Positions 12,101-31,900 of a DNA stretch of 64,000 nt are shown in pieces; the stretch's first letter is position 1, and each line of letters opens with the position of its first letter. This stretch comes from Camelus dromedarius (lineage: Eukaryota): NCBI RefSeq assembly GCF_036321535.1, contig NC_087451.1, forward strand, positions 27,776,001 to 27,840,000, written 5' to 3'. A program made the position numbers and the translations under genes. The notes below the pieces were generated by a model, which was not told where the DNA came from, did not search any database, and saw only the letters and a list, made by a program, of their open reading frames with translations.

Positions 12101-13882
12101 GGGGTCAGAGCTTTCCACTCTGTCCCCGAAGTCCCCAAATTCAGGCGTCTGAACTCTGACTTCCTGAGTACCTCTGAAATCCAGATAATTCGAGTGTCCC
12201 TTGTCTCAGCCCCCACATGGTGGTCTGTAAAGCAGGGTCATGGCAATCACAGAAACATCAGAGGGCAGCAGACATGGAAGCAATCCCCACTCGTCCCAGA
12301 GAGCAGAGGGTGCCTGCTGTGGTGACAAAGCACTGTTGTCCAGCGGACCAGCACCTAGGCCAGGACCCCACTGAGCTGGTTGGAGGCCGCAGCCACAGAC
12401 ACGTCCACACCCTCACTGAAAAGGTCCAGCTCCTGTAAAGTCACCCTTCTGAGGCAGACAGGCATCCCAGCGGAGCAAGCACTTCTGCCTGGCCCTTGCT
12501 CTACTGGAGGCAGAGAACCTGTTCTCGACCTACAGGAGTTCACGTTCTAGGTGAGGGAGTACCACCTGGAAGATGAGAAAACATGCCCTGAGGAGCAACG
12601 GACAAATTTATCGTTTCTGAAATCAGGATGTTATCACTGGCAACGTGTACATCTAATGTGGGAGTGTTTCCCTTTTTCCTGCGAAGGTATTCAGCCGATG
12701 ATGAGTGTTAAAATCAGTGGTGGTGGCGTTCCGCAACCGAGGAACTGAACACCACCGGAGAAGAAAGGCGTGTGGACAAGGTCGGAGCGGGGCGGGTCAG
12801 GCTTTGAGCCCGGGGGGAAGAGGAGATGCTTTGTCGGGAGCCACGCCGCCCGGCATAAACAACATTCAGACGTTAAAAAAAAATAAACTGAAAAAAGTAA
12901 AACGTTCAGACTTTCACAAAACCCGACGTATCCAAAGTACTCCGAGACGTCAATATAAAAAAAGTCATCAAGGCAGCATCCTACACCCCCCTCCCGTGCT
13001 GTCCCGACGCCCGGCGTGTGTAAACTCACTGCCCGTGTACTCGGGCGCCTGGGCGCGTCCCCGAGGCCGGAAGGAGGGAAGGCGCCCGGGGGCACGGTGC
13101 CGGCCCTGGGGCCTGTCCTCAGGCGGGAAGCCCAACCCCGGCGGCCCTCCTCCCAAGCTTTCTCGGCCCTATCGCGTCCCGCCTCGGCCCTCCCCGCCGC
13201 CCCCGGGAATGCCGAGGTCGCCGGCCGAGGACACCGGCCAACGCCCTCGCGGGAGCTCAGCCGCCCCAGCAGGCGCCGCACGGGCCTCACGCGCACCGGA
13301 AACCCGTCAGTCCCACTTCCGTCCCGCCGAGCCGGGGGGCGGTGCCAGTAGGGGATACGCGGTCCAGTCAGAATGCAACACGAGGGGTTTCCGAGGCGCA
13401 GGCGCAGCTCCGCCCCCGAGGGTGAGCGCTCCGCCCCACTGCCACGTTCGACGAAGGATCGCGCTGGGTGCGCGCATGTCGCGGCCAATCAGGAGCCGCA
13501 GAGTCCGGGCCCCCGAAGGTAGTAGCCATTCCAGACCTGCGGAAGGTGTAGGAGAAAGTCGCCAGTCACAAGTCTAGGGAGAGAAAGTTCTCCGCCAGGA
13601 GCCAGTGAGAGACCGGGGAAGAGTGCGCGCGCGAGCTCCTCGGCCAATCCCGGGCGAGAGTGAGGGAGGTGCCCGTTGCGATTCCGAATCCGGGGCCGGG
13701 CTCAGTGTGGGCGCCCAATGCGGGCACGGCGGAGGCGGGTCCCAGAGCCCGCTGGCCAATCAGGGACGGGCGAGGGCAGGCACGCGCGCGGCGGCCGGGT
13801 TTATAAGGGTGGGGCGGGCGGCGCGCGCTCTCGAAGCCTGCTGTCCCAGCGGCGCCAACCGAAGCGCCGCTCCCGTGCCGAC

Positions 13883-22116
<8,234 letters not shown>

Positions 22117-22886
22117 GGCAGAGAAGCAGAGCTGGGCACCCGAACAGGTCACCTCCCGGGGCTGCGCACCCAGTAGCACAGCCTCCAGGCGCCGCAGACC
22201 CACCCGGGAGAGGGCGCATCGGTCGGAAATGCAGGGAACTTTTCTGAAGCCACACTTCACCCCAACACATGTGTAACTCTAAACCCGTCTTCCTTCGCTT
22301 TTCAATTTTTGGAAAGGGATTTATCTCCAGGCCAGCCCGGCCCGTCTTGGTGGGCCGTTTTTTTTTGTTTTTTTTGTTTTTGTTTTTTTTTTTTTAAACT
22401 GTGATGTACTTTTTTGTACACAGTTTTGTCCCGAGTGTTCGCTGAAATGTTTTGAAATCTCATGCTGGCAATGTCTTATTGCTGTTAGGGTTATACTGTC
22501 ACTTAAAAAATATTGTATCTGTGGGATTTTTAGACATTTTTGGACATCAGGCTGTTTTTTCCACCTTGGCCGGGCCTCCCTGGAGACTCCTGTCCCCTGT
22601 GTGGGGGTCCCCTGTGGGGACTGGGGAGAGCGAGGCTCCTGATTCTTGTGGTTAAGCGGAGACTTCAGGTCTGTCACGGGGGCCCCCCAGGACAGGCCTG
22701 GCGGCCCCCTCTTTCCCCGAGCCCAAGTTCTCACCGCTCTGTGACGTCTGGGGTGGCCCAAGGGCTGCCCAGGCAGGACAGGGCCCTCCGTCTCCAGGCT
22801 GGGAGATGGCGAGGATGCTTGAGCAGAGTCACACGTTGACCATTCCTCAGGCACTTCTGCCACGATGGAATTGGACACATTGGCTA

Positions 22887-22892
22887 AATAAA
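22887..22892 (+). terminator. P4HB polyadenylation signal AATAAA
   Basis: AATAAA about 770 nt after the stop; U-rich tract at about 22357-22396 in the 3'UTR. Confidence 0.8.
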
Positions 22893-25870
22893 GTTGAAAT
22901 TTTCTGCCTGTTGTTGCCTCTGCCTTAGGATCTCCCAGTGTGGGGAGTTGGGCTGGAGTTCCGACTTTCTAGAGAGGAGGGTAGGCTTGATGGGGGCCGC
23001 TTTCGTTGAGACCTCCTTCCTAGAACATGGAAGGGTGCGTGAGTCACCGCCTGGGTTGAAGTGCACCTGTGTGTCACCAAGCAGAGGAGCTCAGGGCTGC
23101 CCCTGGCCAGGTGCCTTTGGGCCAGCTTGCCTGTGATGGGTACCACCAGCACTGCCCGCCTCGGGTGTCCAGCGGTCATGGCTTCGATCTGCCTCGTGCC
23201 ACATCAGGACACGGGATGGCCAGGGTGGGCAGCTCTGTCGTGCAAGAGTGGTCCCTTCCCACTGCTGCCTGGAACCACCGCAGGGTCAGGAGAGACCAGG
23301 GGCGCTTGGGCTTCGGGAACACTGTGCTCATTGCTAGACCACCGTGTTGAAAACAGTCGTGTTAAAGTAGCAGCTCTGGTTGTTTAAACATGACTTGACT
23401 TCTGAGACCTGCGCTCACTCACAGTCTGCAGGGGGAGGAGCACAGTTAGGCTCAGCTGTCAGTCTGGCTGCAGCGTTGGGCTGATGGCACCTGAGCTGGG
23501 ATTGGTGACGCCTTTTGGCCCCCAGGGAGCTGAGCATGAGGGGCCCATGGGGGGCTGGCCGGGCTCAGGTGGGCATCCGCCTCTAGTCGTGACAGCAGCG
23601 CCCAGGGCTTCCCCTCCGTCTGCACACGTCTGCAGCGGCCGGTGGGCTGGGAGGGGTGTTGATGGCATCCTCGAAGGAGGGGAGAGAGGTGGAGACACAG
23701 TCCACCAGGAGGTCGAGGACAAAGCAAACATGTCCGAGTTTCCGAGGATCTTGGCCTGTCCCTCAGCGTGTTTCATCTATCCCTGTGATGCGTCACCTGT
23801 GGCAGAAAGCGTACACGTTACCCCATCCCTGGGCCCTCCAGCTCTGATGCTGCTGGGAGCTTGGAGGTGGCAGGGCCACATCCGGCAGACTTGACTGTGG
23901 CACTTACGTGAACGTGGTCTCAGCCCGTGGGAAGGTGCGTGTGTCATTTCCCCCGTGCACAGCCACGTCTTCAGCAAGAGGGCCGTGTGTCCTCCCTTGA
24001 CCGCCCCAGGGCCATCCAGACCCTCAGACCCCAGGGCTGCTCCTGCCTCTCACCTGGGCCTGCGGTGTCCAGCTGGTGTCCAGTGAGACCCTGGTATTGG
24101 CACCCTGGGCAGCACCAACCAAGCCTTGGCTTGTCCACCCCTCAGCGTCTGGACACTGCGCCCCAGCTCAGACTGCAGTGGCCGGGCTCCCTTCCCTGGT
24201 CCTCAGGTGGCCAGTGCTGGGGCTGGTTTCTGTCTCGTCTGCTCCAGGGTCTGTGTGTCCTGTGCTTTGGTCCTGCTGACACAAGACGTGTATCGGAGAA
24301 AAAGTGAGCTTGGGCACTCAGAGTTTCTGTGGGAGGAGGTCACTGGGGAGACGTTAGCTCTGCCCTCCAAAACATGAGTGGATTCCCCAGGCGGACACAC
24401 ATGGCCTCTGGAGGAGGGCACCCAGGGTGGACTGAGAGCTGGGCTGTCAGGAGCTGCAGCTGCCAGGGGTGGGCTACGCCCAGCGGCGGAGGCAGAGACG
24501 CGGCAGGCCAGCTGTGCGGGGCCTGGCCCTCTGCGTAGAAACCTTGGGACTTGGCAGCCACGCGCAGCAGCGCCGTCATGTGCTCTGGGGAGGGGGGCTG
24601 AGTCACCGATACCTTTCCCCTTCTGCCCGGGCAGCTGATTAGCACATTCCCGAGCCTGGTTTGCTGGGCGGTGGCGGTTAAGAGTCCCAAACCCGGCGGA
24701 TTAGCAAAGTAACTTTGCAGGCTCGGGGCAGGCATGGAAGGCTTAGCGGCCGGCCGGCCCCACCTTCACTTCCTCTCTCCAGGTGGTAGGAAGCTGTTGC
24801 CCTGGAGCCTCAAAAGCAGCTGCTGGCCCAGTGCATCAGACCCTCCAAGGGTGGCCAGGCCCGCCCGACACCCCTCCGGCCGGCGCGGCTTGCTTTCCGC
24901 TGGATGAGTAGCTTTGCTAGTTGCGTCCCTTGCACTCCTCAAAGTAAGCTTTTTGAGTTAAATGTTCCATGTGCCTTCTGTTCTCCAAAAGGCAAGACCT
25001 TAACGTCGTGCAAACCAGGTCACTTGACAAGTTCCCGCAGGCAGAAGGACAGGGACGAGGCTGTGTGAATACAGGTCTGGTGTGGTTCCGTGAATAGCAG
25101 GCCTCGCCAGCTGTGGGAGGTTAGACTGTTCGTGGCCGGCTTGGGCCACGAGGTTTCCAAGTGAGTTCCCGCAGGCCATGGCTGTGGCTTGAGGACCGGC
25201 TCCCGTGTCCTTACCAGGTGCCGTCCAGGTGTCTGCCCCTCCTCTGATCCAAATATCTGAACAGAAACCCCATAGCCCAAATCCCGAGCTGTCTCAGCTT
25301 GTCTGTGGCAGGATGGACCAGAGGGTGTCTCTTGGGGTCTCCGGAAGGCCCACCCTGACGGCGTGCCCCGCCCTGAGGCCTGTCACTTGTGGGAAGAGCC
25401 AGGCCTTGGTGGCAGCTTCACCCAGGGCTCTTCCACTTGATCATCTGAGCTGGGCGGGCAGACAAGTTTCCATCAGAAAAAGCAGTCTTCATATCAAAAG
25501 AAAGTTCTGTCTCCGTGTACAGTGTGGACTGTGTCTCTGGGCTTCGTGCAGACAAGCCCCAAGAAACTGTACCCGGCTCCTCCTAAGTGACCCAAGTATC
25601 CAGGAGTTAGCACCGCCCAGCACCATGCTCTGAGCCCGACATGCAGGAGCACTGGGAATGCCCTCCCTTGGGGCCCAGCCGGGGCCTGGCCTGGATGGAG
25701 GTTCCCATGAAACCTCAGTGGCACCGAGGCAGGCAGAGAAACCCCATCAGGGCATTGGGGCAGGGAGCCTGCTGTGGGCAGTGCCCTGTCCTCTGTAGCA
25801 TTTGGTCCCAAGGCTTTGCACCTGGGGTGTGGATGTATTTGTTGATTTGATTTTGTCGGATCCAGACCAT

Positions 25871-25919
25871 CCTGGTGACCCAAGGGCTCCTGGTGACACA
25901 AGGGCTCCTGGTGACCAAG
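25871..25919. repeat. 18-bp tandem repeat, about 2.7 copies
   Basis: cctggtgacccaagggct / cctggtgacacaagggct / cctggtgaccaag. Confidence 0.8.
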
Positions 25920-26013
25920 CCCCTGCCCCGCCCTGCAGAGCACTGGTTGAGCTGGGTTCTGTCAGTCATGGACATCCAGGCCTTCAGAGAGGACCCAGAG
26001 GATCTTGCGGTGT

Positions 26014-26400
26014 TAGGGGTTGAACTGCGTCCCCCGTATTCATATGTTGAAGCTTTAACCCCCCCCACTCCGCACATCAGCGTGTGACCTTATTTGGAAG
26101 TGGAGCCGCTGCAGGTGTAATAGGCTAAGATGAGGCCATGCTGGAGTAGGATGGGTCTTAATCTAACGGCTGGTGTCCTTATTACACAGGGAAACCTGGA
26201 CACAGACCGCCACACAAGGAAAACACCACATGAGCTCGAAGGTAGGACAGGGATGGGCCAGCAAACTGGAGAACATCAAGGACCTGCCCCAGGAGCCCGA
26301 GGTGGGCCTGAAGCCAGCGGTCCCTGGGAGGGGCTGCCTGCCAACACCTCAATCTTGACAGACAGCAAGCTTCGGATTCTGCAGGGCTGTGCTGACCCCG
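26014..26400. mobile_element. MaLR LTR (MLT1/MST-like)
   Basis: gggttgaactgcgtccccc...tcatatgttgaagctttaacc...gtgaccttatttggaag...taagatgagg...ggtgtccttatt follows the recalled MLT1 consensus; 3' boundary approximate. Confidence 0.75.
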
Positions 26401-27036
26401 CAGGCCCAGCTTTGCACCCGGGTGTGTGTCCCCCCACCAGCTCTGCTTTCTCACTGAAGCTGAAGCCCCACCTCTGACCTTGGCTGCTGTGGTGAAGACA
26501 GCCAGCGCTGGCCCAGCCTGCTGGGATGTCTTAAAATTCCACTGGTCACACTCCTGCAGGGAAGTCTGCGCTGGGCCAGGGGCAGAGGGCACGCAGCACT
26601 GAGTCCTTGCGGAGCCAACTAGATGCCACCTTAAGGGGGAGCAAGTGTATTCTTGCCAGGAAGCAGCCAGCCTGGAACCAGAAGAAATGGAGGGGGTGGG
26701 GAGCATGGGGGACAGGGCATTGGGCGGGGACGGGGCTGCAGAGGGTCCCTAATGGGCATTTGGGAAAACTGCCCCATGAGTGATGCAAGCCAGATGGAAG
26801 GTGACAAGTGGCAAGGGGATGGGTGACACAGCCAGGACCCTGGGCTTCCTAGGTGTGGGCGGCCCCATTGCCTTGCAGGAGGGAGAGGCAGCTGTGCTCA
26901 CCATGCATCATGCACCGCCTGCAAGTCCCTGGGACCATGGGAGACCCCGGCCCCTGATGACCTTGGCCTGTGCGCCTTCCTAATGGCCCTGCCCTTCCAG
27001 CACCTCTCTTGCCCTCTGTCAGACACCTTCTAGGTC

Positions 27037-27222
27037 CAGCTGTGGGGCAGGGAGCGGTGGCCACGAAGGATCTGACCCCTTTGGCCGGGCATAGTGACAG
27101 GTGGGCTGAAAGATGAACCACTTAACATGATCCTGAGGGCAGGGCTGGGGCGGCTCAGTTTCAGCCCCTCGGGCGCGAGCATGACTGCGCAACTTTATAT
27201 AGCTCTGAGGGCCCTATATAAG
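27037..27222 (+). promoter_or_regulatory. PPP1R27 TATA-type promoter
   Basis: TATATAA at 27215-27221, MEF2-like CTTTATATAG (one mismatch) at 27193-27202, E-boxes CAGCTG 27037-27042 and CAGGTG 27098-27103; ATG about 170 nt downstream of the TATA box. Confidence 0.65.
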
Positions 27223-27388
27223 CGGGAAGCGCCCGGGCCAGGGGGAGCACAGGAGCCCTGCGGTGGCTGCACTGCAGGTCATTGTCAGCCAGAAGAGCCT
27301 GCCCTTGGCAGGTCTGATCCGGACTGGGGACCTGCCTCCCCCCAGCAGTAGGGTCCCTGAAGTGGCAGCCCACGCCATAGCCACCAGG

Positions 27389-28215
27389 ATGCCCAGCAGA
27401 ACAGCCCGCTATGCCCGCTACAGCCCACGGCAGCGGCGCCGGAGGTTCTTGGCCAATAGAAGTGTGCACTTCCCTAATGATGTCCTGTTCTTGGACCACA
27501 TTCGCCAGGGTGACCTGGAGCAGGTGGGGCGCTTCATCAGGACTCGGAAAGTCTCCCTGGACACCATCTACCCCTCAGGTGAGTGCCTACGAGGCCAGTG
27601 AGGGTCTTTGGGGCAGCAGAGGAAGGCCTCAGCCTCGACCCCTCCTACCCTGCCCAGGCCTGGCTGCCCTTCATGAAGCAGTGCTCTCTGGAAACCTGGA
27701 GTGTGTCAAGTTGCTGGTCAAATACGGGGCTGACATTCACCAGCGTGACGAGACGGGCTGGACGGCCCTGCACATCGCCTGCAGCGACGGGTACCCTGAT
27801 ATAGCCAGGTGAGAGTGTGGCCTCCGGGATGTGGGCTCCCAAAAGGTGGCCCTGGTGGTGGAGCTTAGAATCCTAAGGGTTTCTAGAATCTCCTTTCTGC
27901 CCTGTTGCCCTCCCCAGAGCAGACTGCAAAAGTCAGCTGTAGTTTCCAAAGGGTCCGGTTTTTTCCTCTTCACTCCACCTGGAAAAATAAAAGACAGGTG
28001 GACCTCAGTACCCCAGCCTGCTACCCTGGGGTAGGAGTGAACATCCTCCAGGTCACCCACTCTGCAACCAGGGCCACTCTTTGCACCCCAGGTACCTCAT
28101 TTCCCTGGGGGCAGACAGAGAAGCTGCCAACGATGATGGTGACCTGCCCTCGGACCTCATTGACCCTGACTTCAAGGACTTGGTGGAGCTCTTCAAAGGG
28201 ACTAAGATGGACTGA
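27389..28215 (+). CDS. PPP1R27: Protein phosphatase 1 regulatory subunit 27 (ankyrin repeat protein), 154 aa
   Basis: join(27389-27578,27658-27808,28092-28215) = 465 nt. MPSRTARYARYSPRQRRRR..., PP1-docking RVxF-type motif RSVHF, ankyrin repeats (ALHEAVLSGNLECVKLLVKYGADIH), ends FKGTKMD*. Confidence 0.96.
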
Positions 28216-28433
28216 GCCCAGCCCCGCCCTTCCAGGGCCCAGCCCCTCCTCCTCACACACACAAGTCAGGTGCCCACCTCCCCGGCGTGCCAGGAGTGCC
28301 GAGCCAGCCCGGCTGGGAGCCGACCAGGCTGGCCGCGCGACCCCAAACCTGGGCACAACCCCTGCTCCTCCCACACCTTTGGCCTGGCTTTTTCTCCAGG
28401 TGAATTTTTTATTGTGATACTTTTTACTTTTTC

Positions 28434-28439
28434 AATAAA
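28434..28439 (+). terminator. PPP1R27 polyadenylation signal AATAAA
   Basis: AATAAA after a U-rich stretch, about 220 nt past the stop. Confidence 0.75.
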
Positions 28440-28752
28440 CGTGATCCCCAAGCCCGTGGTGATAGCCTGATTACTGGGGATCGGCCCGCCCCAGTCCTCC
28501 GGCTCCCGCTGCTTCCGGTGGTCAGTGGACTTCGTCGTCCACTCTGGTCTCGGGGTCCCGCTGTGCCGGAGCGAGGAGCCAGAGTCCCGCGGCTCCCGAC
28601 CCCCGGTCCCCGCCGTCCGTCGACCCCGCTGCCTCCCCGCCTTGTCCGCTCCGAGACCCCGACCACGCCGGCCCCGACCCCTTAGACCCCCGCTGCCCCA
28701 GGAGCCGGTCCTCGCCATCCCCGGCTTCCGGAGGCCGCAGACCTCGCGGACC

Positions 28753-28817
28753 CAGTCCCCAGCGCTCAGTCCCCGGCGCTCAGTCCCCGGCGCTCAGTCC
28801 CCGGCGCTCAGTCCCCG
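28753..28817. repeat. 14-bp tandem repeat, 4.6 copies
   Basis: Unit cagtccccggcgct at 28753 (one mismatch), 28767, 28781, 28795, partial at 28809. Confidence 0.95.
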
Positions 28818-28947
28818 CCCTCGCGCAGCCCCCGCGCGGCGGCGGTCACGTGGCCGACCGCGAGCGAGTGCGCGAGCGCGAGCGCGGCGGCGCGCGTCAC
28901 TTCCGGCCGGGCCCCTGGCAGCGGCGGCGGCCGAGAGGGCGAGGTGA

Positions 28948-28989
<42 letters not shown>
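28948..28989. repeat. (GGC)14 trinucleotide repeat
   Basis: 14 uninterrupted GGC units counted directly. Confidence 0.95.
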
Positions 28990-28991
<2 letters not shown>

Positions 28992-31900
28992 GGCTGGGCG
29001 GGCGCGGCCGGGACCCGCCCTGGCGCGGAGGCCGCGAGGGGAGGGCCCCGGGCGGGGTCCCGGGGCGCCCGGCCCGCCGCGGCGGAGGGGCGGGAGGGGA
29101 GGGGCGGGGCGGGGCGGGGCCGGCCCGCCGGGCGCGGGGCTGGAGGGGCCGCGGGCCCGTCCTTCTTAGCCCCTGAGGCTGCCGCCGCCCCGCCTTCCGG
29201 GGAGCATCCCAGACGGTGCTTTCCGACCCCGGGGCGCAGCCGGCCGGGCCCCCGCGACGCGCCCTCCGCTGCCGTCCCGCCCGTCCCGCTCTCCCGGCCT
29301 CCCACCAGGCGGGGCGGTGCCCGGTGCCGGGCGGAAAGGGGGTAGGAGGCTGCCCGCCCTCGGGGAGCTCGCGGGTCCCGGGGGCTGCCGAGGTGGGCTG
29401 GGGCCTGCCGCGGGGCGCGGCCGCCTACCTCCGGTTCAGAAGCTTCAGGTACCCCGGTGGTGCAAAAGTCGTGCTCTCCATCTCCCCAGGGAGACTTCCC
29501 AGAGAAGGTGGTGGTTAGCTGGACCCTCGGGGATCGTTTTGGGCAGACAGGACTTCTTGAGCAAAGGACCGGAGGTGTCCGCCAGGAGTGTCCAGAGCTT
29601 TTAGAGAGCGGTAGAGGTGGGGAGGGAAGGGTGCCGGAGTTGAGTCCTGAAGACAGAGGTTTGATTTGGGGAGAGTGGGAGGGGGTGAGGCACTTGGGTC
29701 TGTAACAACAGGGGAGCTGCAACTTTACCCAGGAAGGAGGGCGAGGGGGTGGCGCAGTGCTTAGAGGCTTTGCCTTGGGGTCTTCGGGGGACCACCAGGC
29801 CCATGTGGCATCTAGTCCAGTGCTTATCCTCCTGGCGCCTGCTGGGGTGGTAGATTATTTTCTAGAAGTCCCACTAGCAGAAACTGGGCTATGGAGAGCC
29901 CCAGAGACACTGAGTATGGAGGGGAAGTGGGGTCAGAAAATCTGAGTATGGATCAAAAGTTCTAAAGGAACACAGAATGGCCTCTGTTGCATCATTGATT
30001 CTAACTCTGGAATATCCTTTGTTACTTCTCCAGACAACAGAGTATCACCTCACCGCCTGTCCTTAGGTGTACGTCTGTGTGGGGAAAGAGTTCGAGATGA
30101 GATCCGCAGACTGGGCCTGAGGTCTCCCCACACCCTGCCTCCTCCCAGGGGGTCTCTAAGCCCTCTGTTTCCATGGAAGAGCAAGGTGCTACGTACATCA
30201 CCCAGGAAGACTCTCTCCCTGTGTCTTAGCAGAGCCACAGGGTTGCCAGGGCTCCAGGGGCCTGCCAGGGGTGCAGGCAAGGACAGAGGCAGGCTCTGGG
30301 GTGGTCAAGCCACCCGAGCCATCCTGGCCTGGCCCTGACTGCAGTGGCCCTGGAAGCCCAGAGGTTGAGGGTCCCTTGGGGTCCAGACCCCACCCTGCTG
30401 GGTGGCAGGTTGTTGCACCCACCGAGCCTTCAGAATGGGGGTTGTCAGGGTCCTCCCTGGCCCAGCACAGTGGCTGCTCCACAGTAAGCCCCTGGCAGGT
30501 GTTTGCTGTGGCCGATGGCCCTGCTGCCCCTTCACTGTGCCCTGTAGTTTTGCGGGTTTCCAGCAGCTCCAAGTGGGCTGTCTCTGCGTTCGGCTTGCCC
30601 AGAGCTGTCCTGACTCACGCTCCATAATCAGCAGCATCCCTTTCATTCCCAGAAGTGCCCAGTTAGACGACACATTCCTTTTGCAACTGCCCTGTCCACT
30701 GTCTTGTTGGATAAGCAGCCACAGAGGCCTTGGAGGTGGTGGTCCCATGTGGCTGTGCTCGGATGCCTGTTGAACTGAAGGGCCTGGTGGACATTCTTGG
30801 GGGCTACTTTGGCTCAGATGAGGACTCCAAGGCCCAGGGAGGGAAGAGACTCACCTGCGACAGACAGAGCAGGGCTGGGTGATCTCCGCTTGGCACTGTG
30901 GGCTAGGCAGCCGTGGACAACACTGTAGGGCGATGTGTGGTTTTCCATGGTGCTGGCAGCAGCAGAGATGGCAAGATGGCTCTGTGGCATAGACTGTATT
31001 TGGCGTGGGCTGGGGACCCAGTAGCTGGTGACACCGGATGAAACAGATTGTGGCCAGACAGGGCTTGATAGCAGAAGGCCCGGATAGTGTCTGGGTGGGG
31101 AGTGACTTGGGGAGGAGATGTGGGAAAGATGGTGCTGGCATCATGTGTCTCAGGGAGGGAGGAGGATAGTGCAGGAGGCTGTCCCAGCTCGGGGAGGGGC
31201 GGGGGTGGCTGGGAATGGGATGGAGTAACGGGAGAGGCTCTGGGAGGGAGGTGTCTGGGCTTCCGGCTTGGGCTCTGGGCCGAGGGGAGATGGTCGTTGC
31301 CTTCTCAGATCTGATACAGCTGTGACGCACCGTGGTCCACTAAGAATGGAAGAACACCGTTAACCTCTGTGCTAGCGATTGCCTGGCGCAACCCAATCTC
31401 AAAGCCATTAAAGTATGAGAAGGTTTTTTAGAGCTGACGGGCTGCAGTGTGAGTGCTGAGGCTCAAGCTGGTCCATTCTTGAGGAAATGTGTCTGATGAT
31501 TATTGTGAGCGAAAAACGGACGGAAAATGGGGCGGGAGATGTTTGGGAAGCTGGCCAGGTGGGCTGTAATGCAGGGTGTGAGCAGTAGTCACCATCCTTC
31601 CAGACTCGGGCCTCCCAGCGGGGCCCTCGAGGCCACTGGGCCTGTTTAGGTGTCCCTGGCACTTTTCCAGGCGTGCCGTTCTCCCCAGCCCGCTGGTCAC
31701 CTGGCCCCCCTGTGCCTGCCTCTGTCCTGGCACCACTCAGCGCGTTCCCCTGGTGGTAAACATGCTCAGGTTTCCCTGTGCTTGGCCAGACGCGCCCGGT
31801 TGGCCCAGGCCTCGGGCCTCCCCTCCCGGCCAGCCGTGGCAGACAGGCTGTTGGCTGAGGGTCCCACTTCCTCCCCTCGCTCCACTGAGACTGCTCATGC

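Larger units (their letters stand above)
28480..29460. promoter_or_regulatory. CpG island, MCRIP1 promoter and non-coding exon 1
   Basis: CpG-dense. E-box GTCACGTGG 28845-28853, ETS CACTTCCGG 28898-28906, probable exon 1 donor GAG|gtgagg at 28944. Confidence 0.85.

Noticed and set aside
13485-13775. Possible ERSE elements in the P4HB promoter
   Set aside because: None of the four CCAAT boxes is followed by CCACG at 9-nt spacing; only plain CCAAT boxes are supported.
28850-29176. GTG-initiated ORF with a poly-Ala tract through the GGC repeat
   Set aside because: The start codon lies within the promoter E-box, probably upstream of the transcription start, and the ORF crosses a probable splice donor.
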